NCBI GenBank assembly: GCA_964016885.1
Contig: OZ024745.1
Coordinates: 67,332,001 to 67,396,000, forward strand
Length of the DNA stretch: 64,000 nt
Reading direction: 5' to 3'
Source of the DNA: Eledone cirrhosa
Lineage: Eukaryota
Part shown: positions 1-13,719 of the stretch, in pieces
Numbering within the stretch: the first letter of the stretch is position 1
Layout of the letters: each line of letters begins with the position of its first letter
The notes under the pieces: model-generated
Database searches by the model: none
Told to the model about the DNA's origin: nothing
The model's input: only the letters and a program-made list of their open reading frames with translations
Made by a program: the position numbers and the translations under genes

Positions 1-49
1 GTGTGTGTTAGTTGCGTGTACGTGAAACGCTGTAGTCTCTTTGCTAGTA

Positions 50-380
50 TTCCCTGCTCTCCTTTCCTCCTTGCTCTCCTTCCTTCCTTGCTCTCCTTGC
101 TCTCCTTGCTCTCCTTCTCGCCTTGCTCTCCTTCTCTCATTACACTCCTCGCTCTCCTTGCTCTCCTTCCCTCCTCGCTCTCTTTGCTCTCCTTCCCTTC
201 CTGCTCTCCTTGCTCTCCTTGCTTTCCTTCTCTCCCCCCCCCCCCTTGCACTCCTCCACTTGCTCACCTTACTCTTCTCTCGTTGCCCTTCTTTCTCTCT
301 TTGCTCTTCTTGCTCTCCTTCCCTCCTTGCTTTCCTTCCTTCCCTGCTCTCCCTGCTCTCTTTACTCGACTTGCTCTCCT
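50..380. repeat. Degenerate 9-bp CT-rich repeat (CTCCTTGCT)n
   Basis: Repeated ctccttgct units; a related ctccttact array is at ~59040-59120. Confidence 0.85.
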
Positions 381-843
381 AGTTGGGCTAGACCAACAGC
401 TCGGAATATACCGAACTAAAACTTCAGAAACGTACTTTTCATGTTCTCCAGTATATAAACCAAGCAGATAACATATATCCATGCTGTCGAATTATCCTAT
501 ACTAACGTCAAATATGTCTCTAGAGTCGAGAAACCAATTTCATTTATATATTCGAACAAACTGGCAAATCTTTCATACACTATATACGGAATTTCACATT
601 TTTTCAATATCTCCCTTTTCCATTAGTATTTTATTTTCTAACATTTTTCCTCGTATCTTCTCATATTAATAAGAGCAATTTGATATATACCGGGTGTTTA
701 TTCGCTTTCAAAACTAGAGAGAAATACGTAAATCTTACATGTTCCATGTTTTTTATACTCAATATGTATATTTATATACACACACATTCATGCTTAATAC
801 TGTTCCTTATATACACATATTCGTTATATGTACACACAGAAAA

Positions 844-1045
844 CGGTGGATTGGCAGTATCGGCAGAGCGTCGGACAGTATGCTTTGCGGCCTTTTACAT
901 TCTGATTTCAAATTGCGCCGAGGTTAGATTTGCCTTTCATCCTTACAGAGTCGATAAAATAAATCAGCAGTAATGTACTGGGGTCCATTTAATTGACTTT
1001 CCCCTACTCCCAAATGTGTTGGCCTTATGCCAAAATCAAACACCA
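844..1045 (+). mobile_element. tRNA-derived SINE, family A
   Basis: A-box-like TGGCAGTATCGG, degenerate B-box, shared core gcctttcatccttacagagtcgataaaataaa; about 12 copies in the window. Confidence 0.85.
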
Positions 1046-1057
1046 TTCCAGCTATTA

Positions 1058-1200
1058 AGGGTACTCATTTTCAGCTAAGTATACTGGAGCAACGTCAAAT
1101 ATGGTGTTTTGCTCCAGGACACACCATGCAACCCAGCCCAGGAATGGAAGCTACTACATTATGATCGTAGATCTAATACCCTTACCACTAGACCATGCTC
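1058..1200 (-). mobile_element. tRNA-derived SINE, second family (CORE/V-like central domain)
   Basis: Reverse complement reads tggtctagtggtaaggg...gtgtcctggagcaaaacacc...gttgctccagtatacttagctg, matching the copy at 60366. Confidence 0.7.
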
Positions 1201-1391
1201 CTCCACATATTAATGAAATAAAGACCAGACCAACGGGACATAACTTAGCACTTTAAAAGTTGTTTATTCTGAGAAATGTATTAAGTGTTGAGAGGGGATT
1301 ATTGTGAACTGATGATGGCCCTTAGAATCTGAGTGGCTTGGGATGACAGTGATTTTTGAAGTACAGAGGAACATAATATTAGAGAGATATC

Positions 1392-1492
1392 CAAGGTTAA
1401 CTTTGCCTTTCATTCTTATGAGGTCGATAAAATAAAGTACCAGTAATGCACTGGGATAATTGCTGGCCTTGTGCCAAACGTAGGAACAATTA
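1392..1492 (+). mobile_element. 5'-truncated SINE family A
   Basis: caaggttaactttgcctttcattcttatgaggtcgataaaataaagtaccag. Confidence 0.8.
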
Positions 1493-1894
1493 TATGTTCA
1501 CACATGTATTTATCGCATATTTCGGCTACTTAGAGCAGAACTAAGTATATACTGAAATTAGATACCACTGTAAGAGCAAGTAATATACAAATTTGTACCT
1601 TGATTTCATGTTTACTGATAAATTTGTTAATCTTTATAGAGCAATCAGTTACGTATTTCGCAATGATCAATGATCAACGATATAGATGTTGTCTGATGAG
1701 AATCAAATAAGGGTCGGAAATCGATTAAGGGTTTTCATCCCTTTTTTCTTAATTCACAAAGAAATAGTTGAATAAATAGTAATGTCTACGTACTTAATGT
1801 ATATATTTACATAATCAGTCATAAAATGTCGGCCAATCATGTACTGTCTCTGTACAGATACTTATTTATCGTATATGCCCCTGTTTAGTGCACA

Positions 1895-1962
<68 letters not shown>

Positions 1963-1981
1963 ACATATATATGCATATATA

Positions 1982-2032
<51 letters not shown>

Positions 2033-2039
2033 GGGGGGT

Positions 2040-2094
<55 letters not shown>

Positions 2095-2225
2095 TTGTAT
2101 ATATATATACATATATAGATACACACACACATATGATGTGTATGTATATATATATATATATATTTGCATACATACACACATACATACATACATACATACA
2201 TACATACATACATACATACATACAT

Positions 2226-2793
2226 GGTGGCTGCCAACTCGTTTTCGAGTACGGCCACTACTTTATATCCATGTAGGAGAACCCCTACCGATGCGCTGAA
2301 CGAGTGTGACTTTTTAGTCCAGCCAGTGACTTGAAAACTCTGGTACAAACACTACACCTGTGACAATTATTGACACATAGTGCTGGGCCCATGGTACCAT
2401 GTGACGACAAGTGCAGAGAGATCTCCAGATATAAAGCAATGCCTGTGCCGTGAAGCTTTTATAGTGAGCAAAGGCACTGCACAAAGCCAGTCCCACTCTC
2501 TTAACCAAGATGATATTTACCAAAAAGAAGAACAAGTCAACATCATTGGATACCATCAGGGTTGCAGGTGTTATATCAGAGTTTTCCTTCTCCTAGAATT
2601 CTGCCTTGACAAAGGCTAAGGGGTCATCTCTCCCGGTGATTTGGGATGGCCATTGACTCTTAAGAGCTCCTTTGCCCTTTGACAGGTTTTGTTTTTAGTC
2701 CTGCAGGATGTCCAAAGTCACCCTCCTCACCAAGAAACCTTGGTGGGGTTGCCAGTTTAGTCGCCAACGACCCGACCATGAGACAGGTTGTAC
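2226..2793 (-). mobile_element. Non-coding RTE-derived retroposon (family R), 5'-truncated copy
   Basis: Near-identical reverse complement of 5136-5741; same GCCACC 3' end abutting (CATA)n. Confidence 0.85.
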
Positions 2794-3567
2794 ATACATA
2801 TATACATACACATATATATACATACACACACACATACATACACACATATATATACATATATACATATACATATATATATATACATACACATATATATACA
2901 TACATATATACATATACATACATATATATACATACATACATATATATATATACACACATATACACATACATACATATATACATACATACATATACATACA
3001 TATATATATATATACACATATATATATACACATATATATATATACATACATATATACATACATACATATATATATACATACATATATATATACATACATA
3101 TATATATACATACATATACATATACATACATATATATATACATACATATATATATACATATATACATATATATATACATATACATATACATATATATATA
3201 TACATATATATATATACATATATATATATACATATATATATATACATATATATATATACATATATATACATACATATATACATATATATATATACATATA
3301 CACATATACATATATACATATACACACATACACACATATATATACACACATATACATACATACATACACATATACATATATATATATACATACATACACA
3401 TATACATATACATACACATACATATATACACATATATATACATATATATATACATACATATATACATACATATATATATACATATATATATACACACATA
3501 TATATATACATACATATATGCACATATATATACATACATACATATACACACATATATACATACACAC

Positions 3568-3600
<33 letters not shown>

Positions 3601-4056
3601 CATACATATATATATACATATATATATACATACACACATATACATATACATATATATATACACACATATATACATACATACACATATACATACATATATA
3701 TATACATACATATATATATACATATATATATACATACATATATATATACATATATATATATACATATATATACATATACATATATATATATACACATATA
3801 TATATATACATATATACATGTATATATATACACATACACACATACATACATATATATATGTATACATATATACATACATATACATATACATATATATATA
3901 CATATATATATACATACATATACATATACATACACACATACATATGCACATATATATACATACATATATATATACATATGCATATATATATACATACATA
4001 CATATATACATACATATATATATATACATACATATATATATACATATATATATACA
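2794..4056. repeat. ~1.26-kb complex (TA/CA)n microsatellite
   Basis: Mixed tata/cata/caca units, source of the 400-500 aa YI/HT ORFs. Confidence 0.95.
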
Positions 4057-4312
4057 TGGTGGTGGCTGCCAACTCGTTTTCGAGTACGGCCACTACTTTA
4101 TATCCATGTAGGAGAACCCCTACAGATGCGCTGAACGAGTGTGACTTTTTAGTCCAGCCAGCGACTTGAAAACTCTGGTACAAACACTACACTTGTGACA
4201 ATTACTGACATATAGTGCTGGGCCCATGGTACCATGTGACGACAAGTGCAGAGAGATCTCCAGATATAAAGCAATGCCTGTGCCGTGAAGCTTTTATAGT
4301 GAGCAAAGGCAC
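4057..4312 (-). mobile_element. Family R retroposon, short 3' fragment
   Basis: Matches the 3' ~255 bp of family R and ends in GCCACCACC. Confidence 0.85.
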
Positions 4313-4343
4313 ATACATACATACATACATACATACATGTGCC

Positions 4344-4430
<87 letters not shown>

Positions 4431-4977
4431 GTGTGTGTAAGTATAATGTACGTGTATATGTTTAAATGTATTACATTTGTCAATATTTCCTGCAATATTT
4501 CCTGAATTAAAGATGCTGCATTTAATGTGTAACGTCATACCTCTTAACCCGAAAAATAATATTTTTTCATTGAATATATTTTATTCTTCCCATAATAAAA
4601 CAGATATTTTATAGCTTATGAACCATTATTGCTTAACAGTTCTTGCTGGATAGGTTTCACTATTACTGAAGTGAATCTTGTGAGACTCATAGGAAAAAAT
4701 TACATTTCTGAGTGTATGAAAGCATCGGTATTTTATATTCATGTTTAATATTTCGTGAATATTGTTTTATTTTTCATTCACACATACACATATAATCACA
4801 TAGACTAACACTCACTCAAACACACACATACATATACATACATACATTCAAAAATACTTACATGTATACATAGTTACATGCATGTGTACGTATATACATA
4901 CATTCAGACATACTTACATACGTACATACATACATACATACATACTTTCTTACATACATTCATACATACTTACATAC

Positions 4978-5008
<31 letters not shown>

Positions 5009-5135
5009 TGTATGTATGTATGTATGTATGTATGTATGTATGTATGTATGTATGTATGTATGTATGCATATATCTATGTATGCATGCATGTATGTATATA
5101 TGCATGTATGTAAGTATGTATGTAAGAAAGTATGT

Positions 5136-5741
5136 CAGGTCACCAGTTGGTGCTACTGGTAACATGTATCCCAGTACAACCTGTCTCATGGTCGGGTCGT
5201 TGGCGACTAAACTGGCAACCCCACCAAGGTTTATTGGTAACGAGGGTGACTTTGGACATCCTGCAGGACTAAAAACAAAACCTGTCAAAGGACAAAGGAG
5301 CTCTTAAGAGTCAATGGCCATCCAAAATCACCGGGAGAGATGACCCCTTAGCCTTTGTCAAGGCAGAATTCTAGGAGAAGCAAAACTCTGATATAACACC
5401 TGCAACCCTGATGGTAGCCAATGATGTTGACTTGTTCCTCTTTTTGGTAAATATCATCTTGGTTAAGAGAGTGGGACTGGCTTTGTGCAGTGCCTTTGCT
5501 CACTATAAAAGCTTCACGGCACAGGCATTGCTTTATATCTGGAGATCTCTCTACACTTGTCGTCACATGGTACCATGGGCCCAGCACTATGTGTCAATCA
5601 TTGTCACAAGTGTAGTGTTTGTACCAGAGTTTTCAAGTCGCTGGCTGGACAAAAAAGTCACACTCGTTCAGCGCATCGGTAGGGGTTCTCCTACATGGAT
5701 ATAAAGTAGTGGCCGTACTCTAAAACGAGTTGGCAGCCACC
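5136..5741 (+). mobile_element. Family R retroposon, longest copy (606 bp)
   Basis: Flanked by a 16-bp TSD atgtaagaaagtatgt (5120-5135 / 5742-5757); contains ctaggagaag(g/c)aaaactctga, a motif I associate with RTE 5' UTRs; no long ORF. Confidence 0.85.
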
Positions 5742-5984
5742 ATGTAAGAAAGTATGTATGTATGTACGTATGTAAGTATGTCTGAATGTATGTATATACG
5801 TACATATGTATGCATGTATGTATGAGAGATATAGTCAGACAGACAGCCAGAGAAAGACACTGTCAATAATGGTATGTAAGAAACGTTTGGAACTTTAGAA
5901 TAGCCTTAACGATTAGTAATCTCCTGAAATACTTAAGTGGACTATAACATTATTGATGGAGCGTGTAGCGCTGTACAATAATTA

Positions 5985-6137
5985 ACCAGTACATTACTGG
6001 TACTTTATTTTATCGACCCCGTAACGATCAAAGGCAAAGTTACCATCGACGGGATTTGAACTCAGACCGTAAAGGGACGTAACTATGCTGGAAAGCATGG
6101 CGTCCGACCCTCCACCGATACTGCCAAATCACCGCCC
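5985..6137 (-). mobile_element. SINE family A
   Basis: Reverse complement of the family A head and core (ctggtactttattttatcgacccc...gggatttgaactcag). Confidence 0.85.
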
Positions 6138-6202
6138 TCAGAGTGTAAAACAATGTAAACAACATATTGATCATTTCTCTTCTGTTATTTATTTACTCAT
6201 TT

Positions 6203-6330
6203 AGGGCGGTGGATTGGCAGAATCGTTAGAGCGACAGACACCCTGCTTCGATAAAATAAAGTACCAGTCACGCACTGGTTTCGATTTAATCGACTTTCTC
6301 CGCCCCCAAAATTGATGGCCTTGTGTGTGA
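6203..6330 (+). mobile_element. SINE family A, internally deleted
   Basis: Head ggcggtggattggcagaatcg joined to cgataaaataaagtaccag. Confidence 0.7.
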
Positions 6331-6690
6331 GCATAATTGTGTGTGTGTATACATATATATAAATTACCTGCAGAGAACAAGCAGCAAATGGGTTTAAATC
6401 TTGTTCTAAGAATAAACAATGGTCAAATATTTAAAGTGATATTGAAATGTGCTCTTCTATGAAGAGTGGAAATATGTCATTTATTCTAAACATACAGTTC
6501 TTGGTTGTCAATAACCTTTATTTATAAATAATCCTATAATGATGGTCATTCCTGATTAGAAACATTCCTCACACAGGCATGAGACCAAAAATCCTGAAAA
6601 ACATGGAATTGAAAACCTACAGAAAGACCTAGAGAAAGATCTAGACTACATCGGTGCGATTTGAATTACAAACATATAAAGACGCAGCTA

Positions 6691-7923
6691 TATACCGCGA
6701 GAATATATTATATACTGCCTAACATACCGCGAGAATATATTATATACTGCCTAACATATCGCAAGAATATATTATATACTGCCTAACATACCGCGAGAAT
6801 ATATTATATACTGCCTAACATATCGCAAGAATATACTATATACTGCCTAACATATCGCAAGAATATGTTATATACTGCCTAACATATCGCAAGAATATAC
6901 TATATACTGCCTAACATATCGCAAGAATATGTTATATACTGCCTAACATATCGCAAGAATATGTTATATACTGCCTAACATATCGCAAGAATATACTATA
7001 TACTGTCTAACATATCGCAAGAATATATTATATACTGCCTAACATATCGCAAGAATATATTATATACTGCCTAACATACCGCAAGAATATGTTATATACT
7101 GCCTAACATACCGCAAGAATATACAATATACTGCCTAACATATCGCAAGAATATATTATATACTGCCTAACATATCGCAAGAATATATTATATACTGTCT
7201 AACATATCGCAAGAATATACTATATACTGTCTAACATACCGCAAGAATATGTTATATACTGCCTAACATATCGCAAGAATATACAATATACTGCCTAACA
7301 TATCGCAAGAATATACTATATACTGTCTAACATACCGCAAGAATATGTTATATACTGCCTAACATATCGCAAGAATATATTATATACTGCCTAACATATC
7401 GCAAGAATATGTTATATACTGTCTAACATATCGCAAGAATATACAATATACTGTCTAACATACCGCAAGAATATGTTATATACTGCCTAACATATCGCAA
7501 GAATATACAATATACTGCCTAACATATCGCAAGAATATACTATATACTGTCTAACATACCGCAAGAATATGTTATATACTGTCTAACATATCGCAAGAAT
7601 ATACAATATACTGCCTAACATATCGCAAGAATATACTATATACTGTCTAACATACCGCAAGAATATGTTATATACTGCCTAACATATCGCAAGAATATAC
7701 AATATACTGCCTAACATATCGCAAGAATATACTATATACTGTCTAACATATCGCAAGAATATACTATATACTGCCTAACATATCGCAAGAATATATTATA
7801 TACTGTCTAACATATCGCAAGAATATACAATATACTGTCTAACATATCGCAAGAATATACAATATACTGCCTAACATATCGCAAGAATATATTATATACT
7901 GTCTAACATATCGCAAGAATACT
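6691..7923. repeat. 32-bp minisatellite, ~38 copies
   Basis: Unit catatcgcaagaatatattatatactgcctaa, contiguous, with a few variant positions and no spacers. Confidence 0.95.
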
Positions 7924-8814
7924 ACCATTGGCTATCCAGACATATATTGTACACCTTCGAATAAATTTTGCATTGTGAGAACAGACAGTTATTTTCACAG
8001 CTTTCAGCAATTTCATTGAAACAATTGAAAAACAAATATGTATATTAACATAAAACGTTGTTTTCTTTCTTTATCCAAAATATTATGTATTTCATATTCC
8101 CTAAAGGTTTTATGGCTTATATTTCTGTGTGAAAATATATCTTTAAAGCATTCTTTAATTTTTCCCCTATGATCTCTTTCTAATTGTTCTGCATCGCTTT
8201 TCGGGAATTTCACCAAAAGAAATGTGAAAGTGAACTTAGTGACTTATAGATTTACATTTTGCTATATTTTCCTTTTGTTCTTCGTCAATTTCTTATTATC
8301 ACGCAATTCTTCTTTTTACTATCTATATTATTGTTATTATCGTTATTTGCCATAATAAAGTTATTGATTTCTTTGTATAGTATCTGATTATTCATTATTT
8401 ACTTTCTGTCGTTATAACTTATTCATGATAATTATAATATAAGAAACCTTTTTCAAATGAATCGCTGAATTTTATCATGTTTTAGTAACAAAGAGAACAC
8501 ACTTACTTATATCCATATTAATAAACAGTTAGGAATTGTTAAACTTTTAATTTATCATCGATATATAATTTTAAAATTTAATTAAAGTAATATTTTCATT
8601 AATCAGATTATCAGTTCATTTCCTGAAAGAACGTTGTTCTGCTGTTTTATACGAATACTGTTTTATATATAAAGAGTGGTGTGCTCACAAGCGGAGATGC
8701 TATAAAATAGCTTATAAAATAGGGTGGAGACCCTTAAAGACGGGAAAAAGTTGGCATCGGCCGCTACGAGGAAGTGAGCTACATTGCATAGATTTCATAC
8801 ACACACACATGACA

Positions 8815-9585
8815 GTCGAAGTCAGAAAACTTGGGACAGCATAAGTTCGGAGGCCAACTTCGACTCCCTCTTTGTCCAGTCAGATCAGTTTGCAAGATGC
8901 CGCTTATTATCTGCCAGCGCCAAATACTCAGGCGACTGGGTTGATGCCCTACCCATGGCCAACGTCGGTGGCCTACTCAGCCTGGACGTGTCTCCATCGC
9001 CCTCAGAGTGGGCTTGACGTCTGCATGGGTTTAAGGTGCCGATGCGGCAAACTCCTCGACTCCACAGGCCTCCACAGTCTTTCTTTCCGCCTGAATGCCG
9101 GCCGCTTCGCACGTCACATGGAGCTTAAACTCATCCTCAAGAGACCTTTGGCCCGGGCGAACATCCCCTCAGTCTTGGAACCATCTGGGTTGTCCAGAAA
9201 TGACGGCAAAAGACCTGACGGCTTTACCCTGCGCCCCTGGTCGAGAGGCAAGTGCCTTGTCTGAGACGTCACTGTTAGTGACTCTTTTGCTCTCTCCCAC
9301 ATCCTAGATGCTGCGGTTAGGACGAGAGCCACAACTTCCGCAGCCAAGCGGAGTAAGACCCTCAAATACTCTGATCTGTCGGCCAGATACCATTTTCAGC
9401 CTGTGGCTTTTGAGACGTTTGGGGGAGCGGGTCGCTGACTGCGAGGTTCCTCTCTTCACTAGCGGCTCGCCTAATAGAGGTAACTGGCGAATCTCGCGAG
9501 GGCGCTTGGCTGTTCCAACGCATTAGCCTCGTCATCACCCGAGGCAACGCTGCGATTGTGCTGGATGGCCTCAAAAGTCATTAGA
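8815..9585 (+). pseudogene. 5'-truncated CRE-clade (restriction-like endonuclease) non-LTR retrotransposon, C-terminal region
   Basis: CRCG...HSLS...RH zinc-knuckle remnant, EPSGLSRNDGKRPDG, W.RGKCLV*DVTV, K..KY, FQPVAFETFG; stops and frameshifts. Confidence 0.85.
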
Positions 9586-9908
9586 GAGGTCGCCCAGTAC
9601 CCCCTCGCTGCTGTCTTTTGCTCTGATGTTGGCTCGGTTGTTCACCCCTTCCTTTACATGTTCTTTACTGTTTTAAACTAGGATTTGTTTGTTTGTTTTT
9701 TTTTGTACTGTTTGGTATTCCTTCTTAAGTTTCCACACAGTTTTTTTTTCCTCTCTTCTTTTATTTAAACATTGCCTTTCTCACTTCCCTTCCCCTAAAC
9801 CTTTTCCTTACTTTCGTTATTTAATTTTTTCCCTCTTTCTTTTTCTTTTTGTTATTGCAAACATTATATAACCGAATTGAAATTTGTCGAATAAATAAAA
9901 CTCGAGAA

Positions 9909-9969
<61 letters not shown>

Positions 9970-9970
<1 letters not shown>

Positions 9971-12296
9971 AAAAGGTAAACAGAAATAACAACACAATCG
10001 GTACAGTATATGGAAGGTATATAATAGGTTAACGCTTGATATAGCAGGAAGAGGGTCTTAACGTTTCGGACGCTAGTCCTTCATCAGAAGAAAGAATGAG
10101 AAATAAAATAGATTGAGGAGACGGGCGCGATGGAATTGGAAAAAATGTCTTTAGATAAAAATAACAGGTCCATTCATGTTGACATCTCTTGCAAAACTGT
10201 TGGTGCTGGCGTTTTGTGTATCATTTGTTTTTTAGAAAAGTGGATGATGGAGCGCGTCTACCTGAAATGGAAAAAAAAACGTTTTGTAAAAAGAGCTATA
10301 CTTGAGCACGTGCGTAAGCATGTATTTGTGTGTGTGTGCGTGTGTGTTATTATAGGTGTGTGTGTGTGTTATTATAGGTCTGTACGAAGCTAAGAAGAAA
10401 TGTGTGTGTATATATGAGTAAAAGAGTTTGTGTGCATGTAAATACGAAGCTAGGAGCAAAGGTATGTTAATATAAGAGTGTGTATCGGCATGTATTAGTT
10501 GAAGAGAAGCTGCTAATGATCAAGAGAAAGCGATAGGAATCTAGGGGTGTGATAATGGACGGGGTATTAGAGTAATTGGGGAGGTGAGTTGAGTCCAAAA
10601 GGGGAATAGGACCCAAGGCGGTGAATCAGACTTTGTTCAGTCCTGGTGCGCGAGGCCTGTGATCCATAATGTAAAAGGACACCCAGGACTGAAACATGTA
10701 GGGAAGAATGACCAGGAAACCAGAAATTATGGGCGACAGGAGTATCCAAACTGAGTCTGATGTCCCTCAAATGTTTGGCAAAACGGTCCGCCATCCCGTT
10801 TGTCCGATATATAAAGACCCGCAAAGGGAACACTGAAGTGCGTAGACAACGTGGGTAGATGTGCAGGTGAAGGAATGGCGGATACGGAAATACCCGTTAG
10901 GGCCTGTGAGAGTGGTGAGGGTGGAAATAAAGGGACAAATGTTGCAGCGGGAACGGGAACAAGGATGAGAGCCGGGTGGAGTCGTGGGAGAGGACGAAAA
11001 GGAACTGCGAACCAGGAGGTCGCGGAGGCTGCAGGCGCGCTTAAAAGCAGTAATGGGTTGGTTTGAAAAAAAGCGAGAAGTGATGGGGTCAAAAGAGATG
11101 ATGCGGAAGGAATGGAACATATGTCGCCGGAGTGATAGGGTGATGAGGTGGTAGGTGAGAGGGAAAGGAACACGGGTGTTGGGAGGGCGGAGTGAGTTGA
11201 GAGGATTGTGGTGCAATCTGTTTCACGGGCGCGGGTGAAAGCAGCTTGGATCAAGGTGGGGGATATCCACGCTGGATGAAGCAGGAAGCCATGCGAAGGG
11301 AATGGGTTTCGAAATCGTCGTCCTGGCTACAGAGTCGACGAAGACGGAGGAATTGGGAATAGGGTATGGAGTGTTTGGTGTGGGTCGGATGGGAGGAGGT
11401 GAGTCGAGATAAGATTGGGGTTTAATGAAGATGGAAGTAGAGAGGGTGTGGTGAGAGTGATTAATAGATAGAGAGATATCTAGAAAAGTGACAGAAGAAT
11501 CGGAGACAGGGGCGGTGAAATTGAGAGCAGATGGAAAGATTGGACAAAAGAACGAAAACAGTCGAGCTGCTCTCGTGATAGAGAGGTGGCGCCGATACAG
11601 TCGTCGATATAACGACTGTATAGCTCAGGAGTCGGTCCAGCATTCTGAGGGAAGATCTGGGCTTCGACGTAGCCAGCAAACAAGTTGGCATAATTTGGAC
11701 CCATTCTGGTTCCCATCGCTACCCCAGAGACCTGCTGGTAAAATTCACCCGAAAAAGGAAATCCATTAAGGGTGAGAACAAGCTCAGCCAAACGGAGAAG
11801 AGTGGTATTGCTGGGGTAAGGGGTAGGGCGTAAATCTAAAAAATGCTGGAGAGTGCGGAGACCGTCATCATGAGGGATGACGGTATAGAGAGAAGTGATG
11901 TCCAGGGTAAAGAGAAAGCGGGAGGGACCAGGAGGAAAGGAGAAAGGGTTGAAGAGTCTAAGGGCATCATTTGTATCGTGGATGTGGGAGGGGAGATTGC
12001 CGACCAACGAGGCGAGGATGGTGTCTAAATATTCAGAAATTATCTCGGTGGGGCAGTTGCACGCAGAAACGATAGGACGGCCGGGATTATTTTGTTTCTG
12101 TATTTGGAGGAGGAAGTAGATGGTGGGTGTGCGAGGGGTTTGTACAATAAGGTTGGTGGCTGTGGGGGTAGGTGAGAGGAGGAGATGAGCTCGTGGATGG
12201 TGGAGGACACGAGTTGTTGGTAGCCAGGAGTGGAGTCGGAGGATAAAGAGCGGTAAAAAAGGGTATCGTGAAGCTGGCAGAAAGCCTCATCCCTCT
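9970..12296 (-). mobile_element. Penelope-like element, Neptune-like, 5'-truncated and decayed (RT + GIY-YIG + 3' pLTR)
   Basis: GRPIVS, LDITSLYTVIPH, GVAMGTRMGPNYANLF, RYIDDC; Cys linker CSRSRCNIC; VVYALQC..CGSLYIGQTG; frameshifted across 10567-12296; hammerhead in the 3' pLTR. Confidence 0.92.
10056..10091 (-). ncRNA. Minimal type I hammerhead ribozyme
   Basis: tctt-CTGATGA-aggactagcgtcc-GAAAC-GTT-aaga: stem I tctt/aaga, stem II ggac/gtcc, palindromic stem III. Confidence 0.8.
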
Positions 12297-12720
12297 TTTT
12301 CAGTTGACAGTAAATGCGTAGAAATGACATTTTTTTTTACATATATCAGTACATTCATTTACTTGTTTATACAGCTCTTGTTAAATCTATTAGTGTTTCG
12401 ATTGAGATATGCATTTATCGCAAATCTTCTCAGCTTAGTGCGGAATACAATCAACATGCACACATATATATATATATATACGTAGTATATATATATATAG
12501 TATATATAGTAATATTAAATGTGAAGACTAAAATCCTTGTGTGTGCATGCGCGGGGGTGTTGATTATATTCCGCACTAAGCTGCGAAGATTTGCGATAAA
12601 TGCATATCTCAATCGAAATACTAATAGATTTAACAAGAGCTGTATAAACAAGTAAATGAATGTACTGATATATGTAAAAAAAAAATGTCATTTCTACGCG
12701 TTTACTGTCAACTGAAAAAA
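12296..12720. repeat. ~160-bp inverted repeat (pLTR-like fold-back) interrupting the Neptune-like element
   Basis: 12296-12456 is the reverse complement of ~12558-12720; the spacer contains (TA)n. Confidence 0.85.
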
Positions 12721-12859
12721 AATGAACGATCTGCCTCAAATTTTGGCACTGATTGTTATCTTTTTATAGACTTCTGTAGATTTGTATAAGTACACAGATA
12801 AACAAGCAACTAATGTCATTATATGCTGACCAAATATTATCGTATCGGCAAATTGGAAA

Positions 12860-13018
12860 CAGGGCCAAACTTAACAGCATTATAGGCCCCCGGGAAAAGC
12901 AGAGCACTGGGGGCCCTACCTACACAACCACTCACAGGAATAAAAATACAAATGGGCCCCCTATCCTCGTGGGGCCCCGGGCAACTGCTCAGCGTGCCCA
13001 TGTGTTAAGACGGCCCTG
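12860..13018. mobile_element. hAT-type MITE
   Basis: TIRs cagggcc...ttaaca / tgttaagacggccctg; perfect 8-bp TSD ATTGGAAA. Confidence 0.92.
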
Positions 13019-13719
13019 ATTGGAAATGCCACTTTGCATAATGCAAGTGCTTACTCTGGTATCTAACTTAATTAAATAATAAGTTATACAATATTTAGCT
13101 GATATATACGATAAATATATTTGTAGCCGATTTGTTGAAACTGAACACTGGCATTCTGTATTAATTTATTACACAAGGTTTATATATTGGTAACAGAAAT
13201 ACATGAATAATGGTTTCTGATTTAAGCACAAGGCCAAACATTTGAGTGTCCGTTTTTAAATACACGAAAAATAGAACATATTACTTTTGATAAAGGAAAC
13301 AAGATATTTCACCTACGAGTGTAATGCGTATTAGTTTAGCTACCTTCAATGTTCTGGTTTTTCACCTATTTGTATGAACATTGATGCTCTGCACGTCCAG
13401 TTGACGCTAGTATGTAGTGTTGACCAGTACGTAACTCCTGGTGCGGGTGTAGGGACGTGTCAAACCCGGTGGAGCCCATCCCTCTCCAAGTTTCCGGAAA
13501 CGGAAAAAGCGTGAGAGAGAGGAAATAAGAAATAGATGATAGAGGAAAAATCAACCCCTGTCTCTTTCTGTAATGGCTATGTATGACACAACGTATTTTT
13601 CACTCCTACAACATACCTAACACAAACATTCCAATATAAATAATTACTGTTAACTCCAATTCTAATATAATCGTTTCAACTCCAAATTCTAATATAATAT
13701 TAACGAAAACATTATGATT

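Noticed and set aside
1-471. Leu/Ser/Pro-rich ORFs
   Set aside because: Low-complexity CT repeat
1690-1730. CTGATGA...GAAATCGATT hammerhead-like motif
   Set aside because: Stems I and II do not pair; at best a decayed remnant
2314-2619. 79-97 aa ORFs recurring in several places
   Set aside because: They recur only because they lie in near-identical family R copies; no recognisable domain
2660-4183. 400-500 aa ORFs in multiple frames
   Set aside because: Translations of TA/CA microsatellite; the same applies to all YI/HT/CV/SL/ER ORFs
6691-7923. CRISPR-like 32-bp periodicity
   Set aside because: Units are contiguous with no unique spacers; eukaryotic context
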